Below are positions 26,071 through 39,197 of a stretch of 64,000 bases of DNA, piece after piece (the stretch's first letter is position 1; every line of letters starts with the position of its first letter). The stretch is taken from the NCBI GenBank assembly GCA_051313645.2, contig JBNRSN020000002.1:100316001-100380000 (forward strand), in the 5' to 3' direction. A program made the translations under genes and the position numbers. Origin of the DNA: Centroscyllium fabricii (taxonomy: Eukaryota). Under the pieces are notes generated by a model that did not search any database, had not been told where the DNA came from, and saw only the letters and a program-made list of their open reading frames with translations.

Positions 26071-27009
26071 AATGAACTATATTTTCCCCTTTTCAATATT
26101 TTTTGTTAAACAGTAGACATGAGTATCAATTGGTGGTCCTTGTTCTATATTCTTTATTTTCTAAATTTAAATAGTTAGCAAACTGTTTTTTGAAAGGAAC
26201 ATTACCATACTTTCTGTGCTTTTAATTAAGGGTGTATACAGGATAAAAACTAATTATCATCTGGTAGTGCTGATGTATGTCATTTGGAAAGACGGGCAGA
26301 GCTGCAACTCAACTTTCAAACGTCCTGATGGAGAGTCTAGCACTAAATGCTTTAAGCTGCTGGGTTATTTCCTGCTTTAAATAAGCATTTCAAGGATGGC
26401 AGTCTCGATTTGGAAAGTGCAGCTCTATTGAATATTGAAACATTTGCATACTGGGACTGATATCCAGGACAGGGAAATGTGCCAATACCCATTCACTTTA
26501 ATGGCAGTCGTCCAGGAATGAACCTGTCAGATCTATTGGATCCCACTGGATCTTTCCTGTCAGGAAGTCCAAAATAACAGGTCTCCAGCACACTGTTCTT
26601 TGAGGTGCACAAAATGTAATATCCTCTCAGTAAAGAGACATTTTAAAATACTTATTTTTCTCAATTCATCTTGGGGAAATACTTTAAAATAAATGTCTAC
26701 ATAGCTCCGAGAGACACTCCTCTTTCTTGCTTACCAAGAGTATTTTTGTGAACATATATATATTAATGATAAAAATTATCACATTTTCTGTTGGGATGGG
26801 AGATTGAAACTCAGTAAAAGCATCTGGTTCGATAATACCATCAGTTCACATTAAATAGTCAGAATTTATCTGTTAAATTGCCTAGTCCAAATTAAGTCAT
26901 CTCTCTACTTTCACAAAGTCAGAAAACAGTCATTTCCTTCAATGAGAGAATCCATAGTAACTGAAAGTTAACAGCAAAGATAAGGTTTGAAATAATGATT
27001 AAACACAAA

Positions 27010-27843
27010 GGGCAGGATTTTCATTGAGCTGTGTAGTCGGGATTGGAGGCATGAGGGGGGGGGGGTTAAAATCCCGAAATCAGGGGTCCTGACCCCATCC
27101 CGCACCCAACCCGCCTCCATGCCAGTTTCAAAGGAGGCGGGTACCCGCCCCGCACTGGGACCCGCCTACCTGAGGCGGGAATGGATTAGTGCCAATTAAC
27201 TGCTTGTTAACAGGTAGTTAACAGGCAGTTTGTAGCCGAATCGCTATTTTGAAGGTTGAAGTGTGGGCTGCCCGACGGCTCCAAACCACGCCAAGTTAGC
27301 GAGGCGGGCCGTCGGGTTGAAGGACTTGGAGTGGTCGAGATGTCCAGTGTTCAGGTGAGTGATGTGTGCATGAGTGCAAAGGTAAGTGTGTTTGGTGTGT
27401 TTAAAGTGTTTAAAGACGTTTTACATACCTTTTCAGCCTTCCTTCCTTTAGGTCTCGGGAGTCCCTCATCTCACCGGCACAGAAAGCAGAATGCCTGCAA
27501 ACTATCAAAAGTGACAGCCTGCAGCTTTCTGTACAGGAGAGATTTCTAACTGAGTCTGTGAAGAAGGACTCATGTTAGAAGTAAGACTGTCAGTATTTGA
27601 CAGCTTCTAACAGCTGTGAAACACTGATTTCATGTCAAAACCTCTTGACAGATGAAATTTCAGCCTGTGACATCACCTGTTGCCAGGTGGCCTTTAATTG
27701 GCCTGCTGAGCCCACTGGGCAGGCTCAACAATGCCAATCAAGTTAAAATCGCGTGGATTGACCGCATCTCGATGGAGGTGGGACTACAACCCCGAAAGCT
27801 ATAGTCCCACCTCTTACCCGACTCCTGAGTTAAATTCCTGCCC
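27010..27843. mobile_element. Harbinger-like non-autonomous element
   Basis: TIR GGGCAGGATTTT / AAATTCCTGCCC. Confidence 0.7.
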
Positions 27844-28416
27844 ATAGGCTGAGATTTTCAGGCGAGCACGATTGGTGGCGGGTCAGGTGGGAAAGTGTTT
27901 TTTTCCCCCAGCGGCTCGGGACCCCGCTGCCACGCACCTTTACCAAATGTTAGATCTGTCAGCGCTGAGCAGACCCGACACAGAGCAGCGGGGGAGCCAA
28001 TTTAAATTGTTTGGGGCTTGTTTACAGCCACTTAACAATAGTTTTAAACTGACCTTTTGAATTTGACAGCTCCCCCACGGGTTTCACAATGTTGCTGGAC
28101 CACGTCTGTGAAGCTGAGGTGGGAGGTCAGTGCCCATTGAATCAGCTGATGAGTTGACAGCTTAAAATGTCAAGTAAAAGCTCCCACCTTAGAGAAATCT
28201 TCCCTCAGCCACAAGCTCTTCCTCATTGCATTTCCACAACAGATTCACCATGCTGCAAATCTTCACACAATTCTCCATCCAGTCTGAGCTCATTACCTCT
28301 CTCACCATTGACAGATTGCTTCTGTCATCTTTACTTCACCTGCCATCTATTCCACCAGCAGGGTGCCCTTTATACTCTCTCATTGATCCTCAGAATCCCA
28401 CCACAATCAGCCCCAA

Positions 28417-28553
28417 CACCAGCAGCACCAGGCACACCAGCAGCACTAGGCACACCAGCAGCACCAGGCACACCAGCAGCACCAGGCACACCAGCAGCAC
28501 CAGGCACACCAGCAGCACTAGGCACACCAGCAGCACCAGGCACACCAGCAGCA
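28417..28553. repeat. 18 bp tandem repeat (CACCAGCAGCACCAGGCA) x ~7.5
   Basis: Seen directly; lies inside the Harbinger element. Confidence 0.95.
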
Positions 28554-29308
28554 ACCTTCTTCGCAATCACCTGATGCTGCACATGACACAGGGCATCAGC
28601 GCCTGATCACATTGCTGCCCAGGAAGCCAGGGATGACCTCACCATGGCCATATTTACTTCACTTGACGCTGTACCCCCTGGCTAACACATTATGCACCAG
28701 GTTGGCACCACCCCACACCAGCACCGTAAAGCATCCCTACAATCCCCAAGCCATTCCTTTCACACTCAACACCATTGTGGGGGTACCGTTATGTCTCACC
28801 GTTCACTGCAACTCACTAAGCCACTTCCATAGGTACACACAAATCTGTCCAAGAATGCAAAGTGTTGAAAATAAAGGTTTCAATGTTTGACAGCACATCA
28901 ACAGAAACTTCATAGGAACATTACATACAATACCCAAGTAGCTACCCTTGTGTGTTGTTAGTTGGTATGATTGCACTAGGATGAGGGTGAGTGTGAGGGG
29001 TGGCTAGTGAGATGAGGGTGTGATAATATAGATAGAGATGGATAGGTGGAGGTCCAAGGTAAGTTGGTGTGAGTAAGGATGTGCAGGAGTAGGGTAAGGA
29101 AGGCAGAGTGATGGGGATGTGATGAGTGGCACAGCAGGATGAGGTTGAGTGTGGTTTTGCAGTAACATTTTGTGATCTACTGAGATCATTGAAAGGTTTG
29201 CGCTACTGCAGCCTGGTCCTCCTAATGATACCCCTGCTTGAGCCCTCCTGTGCAATGTGCAACCAGGCTGTGTTGATCTCCTGGGAAGGTCTCTTCTGTC
29301 CATTGTAG

Positions 29309-29780
29309 TGTCAGCTGTGGCTCAGTGGGTAGCACTCTCATCTCTGAGTCAGGAGGTTTTGGGTTCAAAGTCCCACTCCAAGGACTTGAGCACATAAATC
29401 TAGGCTGACACTCCAGTGCAGTGCTGAGGGAGTGCTGCACTGTCGGAGGTGCCATCTTTCAGATGAGATATTAAACCGAAGCCCCGTCTGCTCTCAGATG
29501 GATGTAAAAGATCCAATGACACTATTTCGAAGTAGAGCAGGGGAGTTATCCCTGGTGTCCTGCCAGTATTTATCTCTCAATTAGCATAACAAAAACAGAT
29601 TATCTGGTCATTATCACATTGATGTTTGTGGGAGCTTGCTGTGCACATTGGCTGCCCCTTTTCCAACATTACAACAGTGACTACACTCCAAAAAAAGTAC
29701 TTAATTTGCTGCAAAGCGATTTGATATGTCTGGTGGTCGTCAAAGGTGCTATATAAATGCAAGTCTTTCTTTTTCTTTTC
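29309..29780 (+). mobile_element. Deu-domain SINE, full length, inserted in the Harbinger Myb ORF
   Basis: tRNA head, Deu-like core, tail AAATGCAAGTCTTTCTTTT. Confidence 0.8.
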
Positions 29781-30313
29781 ATGAGAAGGGAACATAAATC
29801 TCCCTGCGTGGTGTGACTCATGAGAGAGCCTGGGTGCAGCCCTGCGCCTCTATGCAGTGCTTGTCAGTGTTTGCAGCACCTCAATGCTGTAGAACACTAA
29901 CAGCACAAATGTCAAAATAAATTTGGCCATGGTCCCTTTAAGGAAACCAGCTGATGACGCGTCATCAAATGACATCACCAGACCCGCTTCCGGGGAATGC
30001 GCTGGGCGGGCTTAAGAAGCCCCATCAAGTGAGATTAATTTTGAACAGTGGGCTGGAGCCAGCAACGGGGTCGAGACCCGCCACCAACCCCAACCGCGCA
30101 GGACCGGCCAAGGTTAGTAAAATTGCGGCCTTAAGCATTACATGCGCCTCATTTTGTGACAACCATTCAAACTGCACATCACAGCAAGGTACAGCTTATC
30201 AGTCAGTGAGGGTAAGTAATGTATATTATATCATAGGTTATGGTGTGTGTATATTTGACTGTTTTAATGAGGAATGGTTGCAAAAATGAAACAACTGGCT
30301 TCCAATTAACTGT

Positions 30314-30724
30314 CATAGAAACATAGAAACATAGAAGATAGGAGCAGGAGTAGGCCATTCGGCCCTTCGAGCCTGCTCCGCCATTCAATGAGATCATGGC
30401 TGATCATCCAAACCCAGTACCCCGCCCCTGCCCTCTCCCCATATCCCTCGATCTCCATCGAGCCTGCACCGACACATATCCCACCCTATCCCCGTAACCC
30501 CACACATTCAATCCCCCTAACACTAAGGGTCAATTTATCCTGGCCAATCAACCTAACCCGCACATCTTTGGACTGTGGGAGGAAACCGGAGCACCCGTTG
30601 GAAACCCACGCAGACACGAGGAGAATGTGCAAACTCCACACAGATAGTACCCGAGGCTGGATTTGAACCCGGGTCTCCAGTGCTGTGAGACAACAGTGCT
30701 AACCACTATGCCACCGTGCCGCCC
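30314..30724 (-). mobile_element. HE1-like V-SINE, full length
   Basis: Reverse complement GGGCGGCACGGTGGCATAGTGGTTAGCACTG...GTGGAGTTTGCACATTCTC...CCGGTTTCCTCCCACAGTCCAAAGA plus CR1-derived tail. Confidence 0.85.
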
Positions 30725-32183
30725 TAGTCAGTTAGAGTCCTTGACCTCTTGCACTTGAGCTATTCCTTCAGTGGACCAATGAGTATTAATTGTTACTGTT
30801 CACTCTTCCAGCTGTGTTATTCTTTTATTATGTTGCATGCCTCAAAAATAAGTACATTTAAAAACACACTGTCTTCAAGGAGAAATAAAATGTTTGGCAA
30901 ATTCTTTGTCCTTTTCTATCAGTGAATTGTTGATGTGATGATATAAATCATATCAAATTTGCCATAATCGTTTGAAAGCATGTGGCTGTGCTATTGTTCT
31001 CCATCCTCAACAATCAGGATAGTGCCTCTTTAAATGATGAAATTATTATTATTATTGTCATTTATTGTATTATTTGACCCTCCTTATTTCTGATACACCA
31101 TAACTTATGATGTAAAACACTATCATATTGTTTCCCATCTAAAGTAGAATTGCTATTGAGCATTAAAAAGCCCCTATTCAATTTGTGTGACTTCAGAGCC
31201 AATTTTAAATATCGGTGGAGAACATGTGGATGGGCAAAGCATTTGCATTCTATCAGTGAGTTGGGGGCGCCAAACCCGAGCAAGCTCTCGGAGAGCAGAA
31301 AATCGGTCCTGCTCCTTCTAGCCCACCAAATCAAAATAGATATATCCTGGGCTTTTCAGTGAGCCGACCCCAGCGGTCCCTTTAAGGACCACTGGTTAGA
31401 CCGTTGACCAGCTGGTACAAATTAGCAGGTGCTGCACCGATTTGTACCTCAAAACTGCAATTGGGGTCCTACGTATGTCATTGGAATGTAATTTGCATAA
31501 TTTAATGAGGCTCCCGCCTGATTGAGATGAGCAGCTTCGTAAAGGCATAATGGCGGTGGGCAGAATTGGAGTGGGGTGGTTAGTGATTTTAGGACTACCA
31601 TTATCCACTCCTGCCCGGCAGACAGAGTTCTAATCAGCTTTAATCTCCCATAAACCAGCAGACTTTGCCTAAATTGTATTCACACTGGTGAAGGCAGACT
31701 CATTTTAGCAGCTATTTAAGCAAACTATTCACTCCAGTCAAACAGAAGTTAAAAATTGGGAAATTAGAAATAAGTAGGGAGGTCAGGGAGAATTTTAAAC
31801 ACATAGTAAAAACCATTGAAGTGGATGGATTCAATGAGTTCCTGGAGAAAGAAAGGCTCGAAGGGTATGATGTCAAGGAGCCTTGAGGTGATTGAGATTC
31901 ATCAAATAATGGCCATTTGCTGTTCCAGAATTGTTTTATGTTTCTAGGCCAGACACTGAAATACCACAATCTTTCAATAGTTCTGCATGAAATTCAAAAA
32001 AAAATAGGTTGCTTACTAATGGGCTGTCTTTATAGTGTTGTAAGCAGCAAAATGTGTGACCTGAAATAAAGAGAAGCCCCAGGTGATCCAAGAAAAAAAT
32101 GAAAGCTCTGTTATGAACCTCCTTGCACTAATTCCTTTTTCAATAATAAATGAGACTGTGCAATTAAATTACTTTAAAATCTC

Positions 32184-32615
32184 CTAGGTTGCATAAACTT
32201 GGGTTTGTATTCCCTGGAGTTTAGAAGGTTGAGGGGTGATCTAATAGAGGTCTTCAAAATGATAAAAAAGGATTTGATAGGGTAGATACAGAGAAACCAT
32301 TTCCTCTGGTGGGGGAATCAAGAACAAGGGGCATCATTGTTAAAATTAATAGTAGAGCTACGGCATTTAGAAGAGAAATCAGGAAGCAATTTTTCACACA
32401 AAGGGTAGTGGAAATCTGCAACTCTCGCCCAAAAGGCTGTGCAAGTTGGTTGAATTGCAATTTTCAAGACTGAGATCCATAGATTTTTGTTAGGTAAGAG
32501 TATCAAGGGATATGGAGCAAAGGCAGGTAAATGGAGTTGAGAGACAGTTTGGCCATGATCTAATTGAATGGTGGAACAAGCTCGAGGGGCTGGATTGAGC
32601 TATCCTGCTTCTATG
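32184..32615 (+). mobile_element. CR1 LINE 3' fragment
   Basis: Degraded LGLYSLEFRRLRGDLIEVFK...FFTQRVV motif and 3' UTR. Confidence 0.8.
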
Positions 32616-33388
32616 GCGAGTTAGAGGTAACATTATTGGAAAGCAAGTGATGCTGTGATAGGAGCTTTAAACGTTAAGGATGTCACACCATGCCTGTCAC
32701 AGATTCACTGTGTCACACACAGTTGGGCCATGTTGTAGTGAGAGTATGTAGTTAAAAAATATTTTAACTATGTACTTTAATTTCTTAATAACTATTTTAT
32801 GTCATTTTTAAAAACCTTAAAAATTTTATTTTTTATACTTTTCCAACCTCCTGTTTTTCATTAGCCACCTGCGTCTCTTCTACCTCTGGTCACATATAGC
32901 GTGGTTAAATATTATTTGGGCTTTTCTGCTGCTTCACCCTATGGCTCCTACTCTCTTTTTAAAAAGTCTATCCCATATTTTTGCCAGAACTGTGACTGTG
33001 TGAGCTGAGTTCGGATTCTGTGGTCTCATTATTTTCTTTGTGCCTAATTTTCCAGGATGCATAAGATACTTTAGCAGATAGTTTTCGCTTACTTTTCACC
33101 CAATAGTTTTTCTTTTGGAAAAACAAGGGGCCAAATCTGTAAAGGTTTACCAAGGTAAAAATTTATAGTGTGTGTGCAAGGGGTGAGACTGGAGTTGAAA
33201 GAAGAGGAGGCAAGCGAGTGGCAGTGCTGAAGAATGGATGCAGAGTGAAGGGTGAGGTAAGTGACAGCAGAGCAAAGGAAGTCAAGATACAGGGGTTGAG
33301 TGGGTACTTTAAAGGGGAAGAGGTGGGGTAGTAACGGAAATGAGGGGGTGGCAGGAAGGTGACTGGCTAGTGGGAAAGTGAGGGGGTA

Positions 33389-34987
33389 GAGGACCTTGGT
33401 ATGCAGGTACATAGGTCCCTGAAGGCAGCAGGACAGGTGGATAAGGTGGTTAAAAAGGCATATGGGATACTTGCCTTCATTAGCCGAGGCATAGAATATA
33501 AGAGCAGGGAGGTTATGATGGAGCTGTACAAAACGCTGGTAAGGCCACAGCTGGAGTACTGTGTGCAGTTCTGGTCACCACACTACACTTCACTCACGAC
33601 TGTGCGGCTGTCCATGGCTCCAACACGATCATCAAGTTCGCGGATGACACCACGGTGGTTGGCCAGATCACCAACAACGACGAGTCAGCCTACAGGGATG
33701 AGATCCAGCGTCTTGTGGGTTGGTGTGCCGACAACAACCTGGCACTGAACACCAAGAAAACCAAGGAGATCATAGTGGACTTCCGGAGGACTGGAAGCAG
33801 AAGACACACACTCATCTTCATCCAAGGGGCTGAGGTGGAAAGGGTGTCCAGCTTCAAGTTCCTCGGGGTCCACATCTCGGAAGATCTCTCCTGGTCACTA
33901 AACACCTCCTCTCTGGTTAAGAAGGCCCAACAGCGCCTGTACTTCCTAAGGAAGCTGAAGAAAGCCAGGCTGTCATCCGGCATCCTCTCCAACTCCTACC
34001 GCTGCACAATAGAAAGTATACTGACAAGCTGCATCACTGTCTGGTATGGTAATTGCACTATCTCGGACCGGAAAACCCTGCAGCGGGTAGTCAAAACTGC
34101 CCAACGAATTACCGGTACACAGCTACCGTCAATGGAAAGCATCTACCTCAAACGCTGCTTACGGAGGTCTATGAACATTATTAAAGACCCCACACACCCC
34201 AGCCACAGTCTGTTCGCCCCCCTGCCCTCCGGGAGACGCTACAGAGCAATTTGCACCCGCACGACTAGATTTCAGAACAGCTTCTTCCCCAGGGCTGTCA
34301 GCCTCCTGAACTCTAAAAAGAAACTCCGGTACCTGCACGCCTGATAATGTACTCTACTGTATGCATTTTGCATGTAATTTATTTATTTTTATTTGCACTA
34401 CTCTCGGGAGAGTCGAGTCTTCGTCTCGTTGTATTGTACTAGTACTCTGCAATGACAATAAAACTTGAATTGAACAGGAAGGATGTAATAGATTTGGAGA
34501 GGGTGCAGAGGAGATTCACCAGGATGCTGCCTGGGCTGGGGAGCTTCAGCTATGAAGAGAGACTGGAGAGGCTGAGGTTGTTTTCCTTGGAGCAGAGGAG
34601 GCTGAGGGTGGACCTGATTGAGGTGTACAAAATTATGAGGGGAATAGATAGGGTGGATGGAGTGGAACTTTTTCCCTTGGTTGAGGGGTCAATAACTAGG
34701 CGGCATAATTTCAGGGTAAGGGGCAGGAGGTATCGTGGGGATGTGAGGAAGAACTCTTTCACCCAGAGGGTGGTTGGAGTCTGGAACTCACTGCCTGAGA
34801 GGGTGGTAGAGGTGGGAACATTCACAGCATTCAAGAAGCATTTGGATGAGCACTTGAAATGCCACAGCATACAAAGCTACGGACCAAATGCGGGAAAATG
34901 TGATTAGTATAGACTGGGATTGATGGGCGGCACGGACGCGATGGGCTGAAGGGCCTCTTTCTGTGCTGTATTACTCTATGACTCTGT
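33389..34987 (+). mobile_element. CR1 LINE 3' fragment, split by a Rex1 insertion
   Basis: KAYGILAFISRGIEYKS...LEYCVQFWSPHY continues as RKDVIDLERVQRRFTRML after 34474. Confidence 0.85.
33588..34473 (+). mobile_element. Rex1/Babar non-LTR retrotransposon, 5'-truncated, open RT C-terminal frame (stop 34344)
   Basis: FTHDC...IIKFADDTTVVG..FKFLGVHI..KKAQQRLYFLRKL..YRCTIESILT..LPSGRRYR..NSFFPRAV; tail AATAAAACTTGAATTGAA. Confidence 0.85.
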
Positions 34988-35149
34988 GACAATGCGAGTA
35001 AGGAAGTGGAAGGAGGGGATAGGGGAGAGGATGTGGTGGGAGCCACCAGGGCTCCATTTACTATGCAACTTCCACCCCAAATGGAGTCTTCAACCACTGT
35101 TGGCTCTTTTCCCTGCCACATCATGCCATACCATCCACCACCTCATAGC

Positions 35150-35608
35150 GTGCCAGCTGTGGCTCAGTTGGTAGCACCCTCGCCTCTGAGTCAGAAGGTT
35201 GTGGGTTCAAAGTCCCACTCCAGAGACTTGAGCATAAAAATCTAGGCTGACACTCCAATGCAGTGCTAAGGGAGTGCTGCTCTGTCGGAGGTACGGTCTT
35301 TTGGATAGGATGTTAAAATGAGTCTCTCTCAGGTGGCGTAAAAGATCACATGGCACGATTTTGAAGAAGACACCCCTGGTGTCCTGGCCAATATTTATTG
35401 CTCAATCAACATCACTAAAATAGATTATCTGGTTATTATCACATTGCTGTTTATGAGAGCTTGCTGTGCACAAATTTACTGCCGAGTTCACTACATTGCA
35501 ACAGTGACTACACTTCAAAAAGTACTTCATTCAGTGTAAAGCACTTTGGGATGTCCGGTGTTCATGAAAGGTGCTAAAGAAATGCAAGACCTTTTCTTTT
35601 CTTTTTTC
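35150..35608 (+). mobile_element. Deu-domain SINE, near full length
   Basis: Same family as 29309-29780. Confidence 0.8.
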
Positions 35609-35965
35609 CAACCTGGAAGAAAAGATGAAACAGAGACAGAAGCAGAATAGGATAGAAAGAGAAGCAAAAGGAAGTGTTAAGGGGAGAGAAGCAGCAGAGG
35701 AGAGAACAAGAGAGACTGAAGCAGAAGAGGAGACACAGAGAGACAGGCAACTTGAAAACACCGAAGATGGATAAGAGAGTGACCATATTCTCTGCCTTAC
35801 CATGTGCAATACCATCCATTGGAAATTACAGAAAACTAAAATAAATACAGCACTGCAAGCAGCAACTAACAAACAATCTCTGTTCCCAACTGGGCATCTT
35901 GGATATATATTCTGCACCCATCAAGCCTCATCTAATAGACAGCAAGACTGGTCATGCTCATTGAG

Positions 35966-36367
35966 CATGCTCATAGCGTGTCAGCTGTGGCTCAGTTGGT
36001 AGCACCCTCGCCTCTGAGTCAGAAGGTTGTGGGTTCAAAGTCCCACTCCAGAGACTTGAGCATAAAAATCTAAGAAGTCACACAACACCAGATTATAGTC
36101 CAACGGTTTTATTTTAAATCACAAGCTTTAAAATAAAACCGTTGGACTATAATCTGGTGTTGTGTGACTTCTTGCATTTGTCCACCCAAGTCCAACACCG
36201 GCGCCTCCACATCATAAAAATCTAGGCTGACACTCCAGTGCAGTGGTGAGGGAGTGCTGCTCTGTCGGAGGTACGGTCTTTTGGATAGGATGTTAAAACA
36301 GACTATAACCTGGTGTTGTGTGACTTCTTGCATTTGTCCACCCCAGTCCAACACCGGCACCTCCACA
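35966..36367 (+). mobile_element. Chimeric insertion: Deu-SINE 5' part plus Penelope-like end, containing a nested inverted Penelope fragment (36073-36212)
   Basis: Outer direct repeat TCATGCTCATTGAG (35952, 36368); inner direct repeat CATAAAAATCTA (36061, 36213). Confidence 0.75.
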
Positions 36368-38337
36368 TCATGCTCATTGAGAACAGGGTTGTTTTGCACA
36401 TCCACTTTTCACAAGACTGAGAATATATATTCTGAATATATTCTACACTTGTCAAAGCAGTAGCTCACCACCACCCTGCAGGTAACACCACTGGTTGTCA
36501 GCCCTCAAGAGTGACTAAAGACAGGAAACCTCTCCACTTTGTTTGTCAAGTCTATTATGACAATTGATCATGGTAACTAGGATTAGCATATTGATCACTG
36601 GCCTCACCACGATTTTCAATAGCTTTACAAATGCATTTGTAACACGCAACTTAAGCCTGCTAAAATAATGTTTCCTACCTAAACCCTTTTGGGAGTCTGT
36701 CTCTGTTGAAGCTACCTGTAGCTTTCCCTGCAAGTGCAAGTTTTTAAATTACCATATTAAAGCCTTAAATGGATTGATTTTTATTTTCTGGCCAACACAA
36801 AGAAGTAAAGCAAGTGGGATGTAGTGGAGAAATGATCCATGTGGCTATCACATAGATTGAAGGTAGTTTCACATCAGGTGATTTTTCACAGCAGGGAACC
36901 ATCCAATAGATTACTTCACTGTTTCCTTTTTTATTTTTTTTCTGCCTGAAGTGATGCATTTGAAAGAGACATGCACACAGCAGAAACCTCTTCTGGGAAC
37001 TGTTGGCCAGTAGCTTGCTTGTGTAAAGTAAACACTTTCCCCCCTAAATCCCTTTTTTACAGCACATACTGATAGGTTGAACCAAATATTTTCTGAATGG
37101 CACTGGCTAGCCTATTCAACAACTTGCCTCAGCAATAGCAGTTACAGAATAAGGAGCAGAGGGGAGATCCTTGCACAGAGAATAAAGCAGGCTGCCAGCT
37201 TTCTTGCATTTGGCAGCAGCTTCATAGGGGAGATCGCCATCTCCCGCCCTTCGATCCGAGAGTTGTGATCTCCCATGTGTATAGGCTGTGCCAGTAATTA
37301 CTCACATTCCTCTTGCTGGAGAGTAAGAGAAAACAAGGCAGTGGATATCACAGAAATTATCATCACTCTCCTTTTAATGGAAGGCCGGCATCACCACTCT
37401 GGCTGTTGGGAAATCCTCACTCGACAATTATAGTTTTTAAAATCCCATGACCAAGCAGCTATGAAGAGAGAAACTGAAAAATAAATAAAAAATGGGGAAA
37501 GTAGGATAGAAATATAAGAGGGCAAATATATGGGTGCAGCTTTGCCTTTTAGCCACGTTTATGATTTGGGGGTTAATGTACACCTTAATTTTGCATCTTG
37601 CAACTGAAAACCTCCACACCTCGAATTTGTCCTATCCTGACAGCTCAGCACAAAGGTTGGAGTGTTGTTACTAGAGAGTAAATCATTGAAGGGTTCAGAT
37701 GATACCAGAAAACACAAGTGCAGTTTGTCACCATCATCTGAACCCCAGGATGTATTTATATGTCTTTCAAACACACTAACTATTCAAGTGGAATAACATT
37801 TGATGTATTTTCAATGAAAAGCTTGTTCTATGTTGGTGGCAGGTGTCATGGCGATGAAGATGGATTGATAAAGTTGATCCAGACTAGTTGTTCACTCTGA
37901 CAAAAGTAGCAGATAAAGTGAGAGATTGATGAGTAAACAGCAAATCCTGCAGAATTATTTCGCACAAAGGATATGAAATGTATGAGAGTAGCATTTACCG
38001 TTTCATGCTCCCAGCAATGAAGCTTTGCCTACAGGGTCAGTTCCTGCTGCACTTAAAATTCACAGTGGAAGCAATTCTGTATCAGGAACGTGAATTCATA
38101 AAATCCATTCTACAGAACGCACTAACGGAAAAATGAATTACAAATAAAAATTGCGAGAAATGTGAAATAGGCTGCCGACTAGCTCTCACCCGTTTTACAC
38201 TATCGCACAAAGTCAAGATCTGCCCCACAGAGGAGTGATTCAGGCTTATGTTGAGCAGGTAGGAAATGGACACGAATGATGAAGGACCACAGATCAGTGA
38301 GCTTAGCACTCACTTGTATCATGTTGAGCCACATTCA

Positions 38338-38525
38338 GGGGGGCTGATTTTGAACTTCGGTGGGGGTGTAAAACTGGCAGTAGTGGATCGGACACCTGTT
38401 ACACACTCCGTCCAATTTTCCTTTGAATGAGTTAAATTAAAAGGAAAATTGGGCGGGATGTATAACGACCAGTTGATCCATTGCCGTTAGCTTTCTGCCC
38501 TCATTAAAAGTCAAAATTCCTCTCG
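38338..38525. mobile_element. Palindromic MITE (related relics near 25050-25190 and 43352-43497)
   Basis: Whole-element imperfect inverted symmetry centred on CCAATTTTCCTTT...AAAGGAAAATTGG. Confidence 0.6.
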
Positions 38526-39005
38526 GGGCTTTTATGAGGTCGGCCTGAATTACTTATTCATGGCAAGCCCCTGGCCCATAATGGCCCAGCACTAGGAGCT
38601 TACCAAAGGATGCACAAAATTGCATGAATAAACTGTCATTGAGGGGCTACAAACAAGGGGTCTATTTCAAAATTATTTCCGTTACAACTATTTAAAATTA
38701 TGGGAGGAGAAATCATTTCACCCTTTCCAAAGATTGCAAGTACTTTAAATGCATTTCTCAACCTTTACAAAGGCTGTGTGTGGAGTAAAAGAAAGGGTTG
38801 CCAAAAATAAGGAAAGGTGAAATAAATATGAGGGATGGAAATGGAGTCAGTGTGGGAACAGTTATGTAAAAGGATGGCATGACTTAGTCTGTTAAGATAT
38901 GGCCATCTAACTGTGCCATATACCAGGTAGATACCCCAAGTATGCATGCCACAAAGTGTTGCCTGCCAACTTGTTGTGTACTACTCTTGACAGCTTTTTT
39001 TTATT

Positions 39006-39197
39006 GCTTCTTCCCCAGGGCTGTCAGCCTCCTGAACTCTAAAAATAAACTCCGGTACCTGCACGCCTGATAATGTACTTTACTGTATGCAATTTGCATG
39101 TAATTTATTTGCACTACTCTCGGGAGAGTCGAGTCTTCATCTCGTTGTATTGTACTAGTACTCTGCAATGACAATAAAACTTGAATTGAATTGAATT
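39006..39197 (+). mobile_element. Rex1 3' end, second copy
   Basis: Nearly identical to 34280-34473; (TTGAA)n tail. Confidence 0.85.

Larger units (their letters stand above)
27847..30130 (-). mobile_element. PIF/Harbinger deletion derivative with Myb/SANT-like ORF remnant, interrupted by a SINE
   Basis: Imperfect TIR GGCTGAGATTTT / AAAATTGCGGCC; minus strand at ~29180-29855 is homologous to the Myb/SANT remnant at 42465-42945. Confidence 0.7.

Noticed and set aside
28167-28606. PAAPGT / TSSTRH repeat proteins
   Set aside because: Translation of an 18 bp tandem repeat inside a transposon
29309-29380. tRNA genes
   Set aside because: A/B boxes belong to SINE heads and no complete cloverleaf is evident
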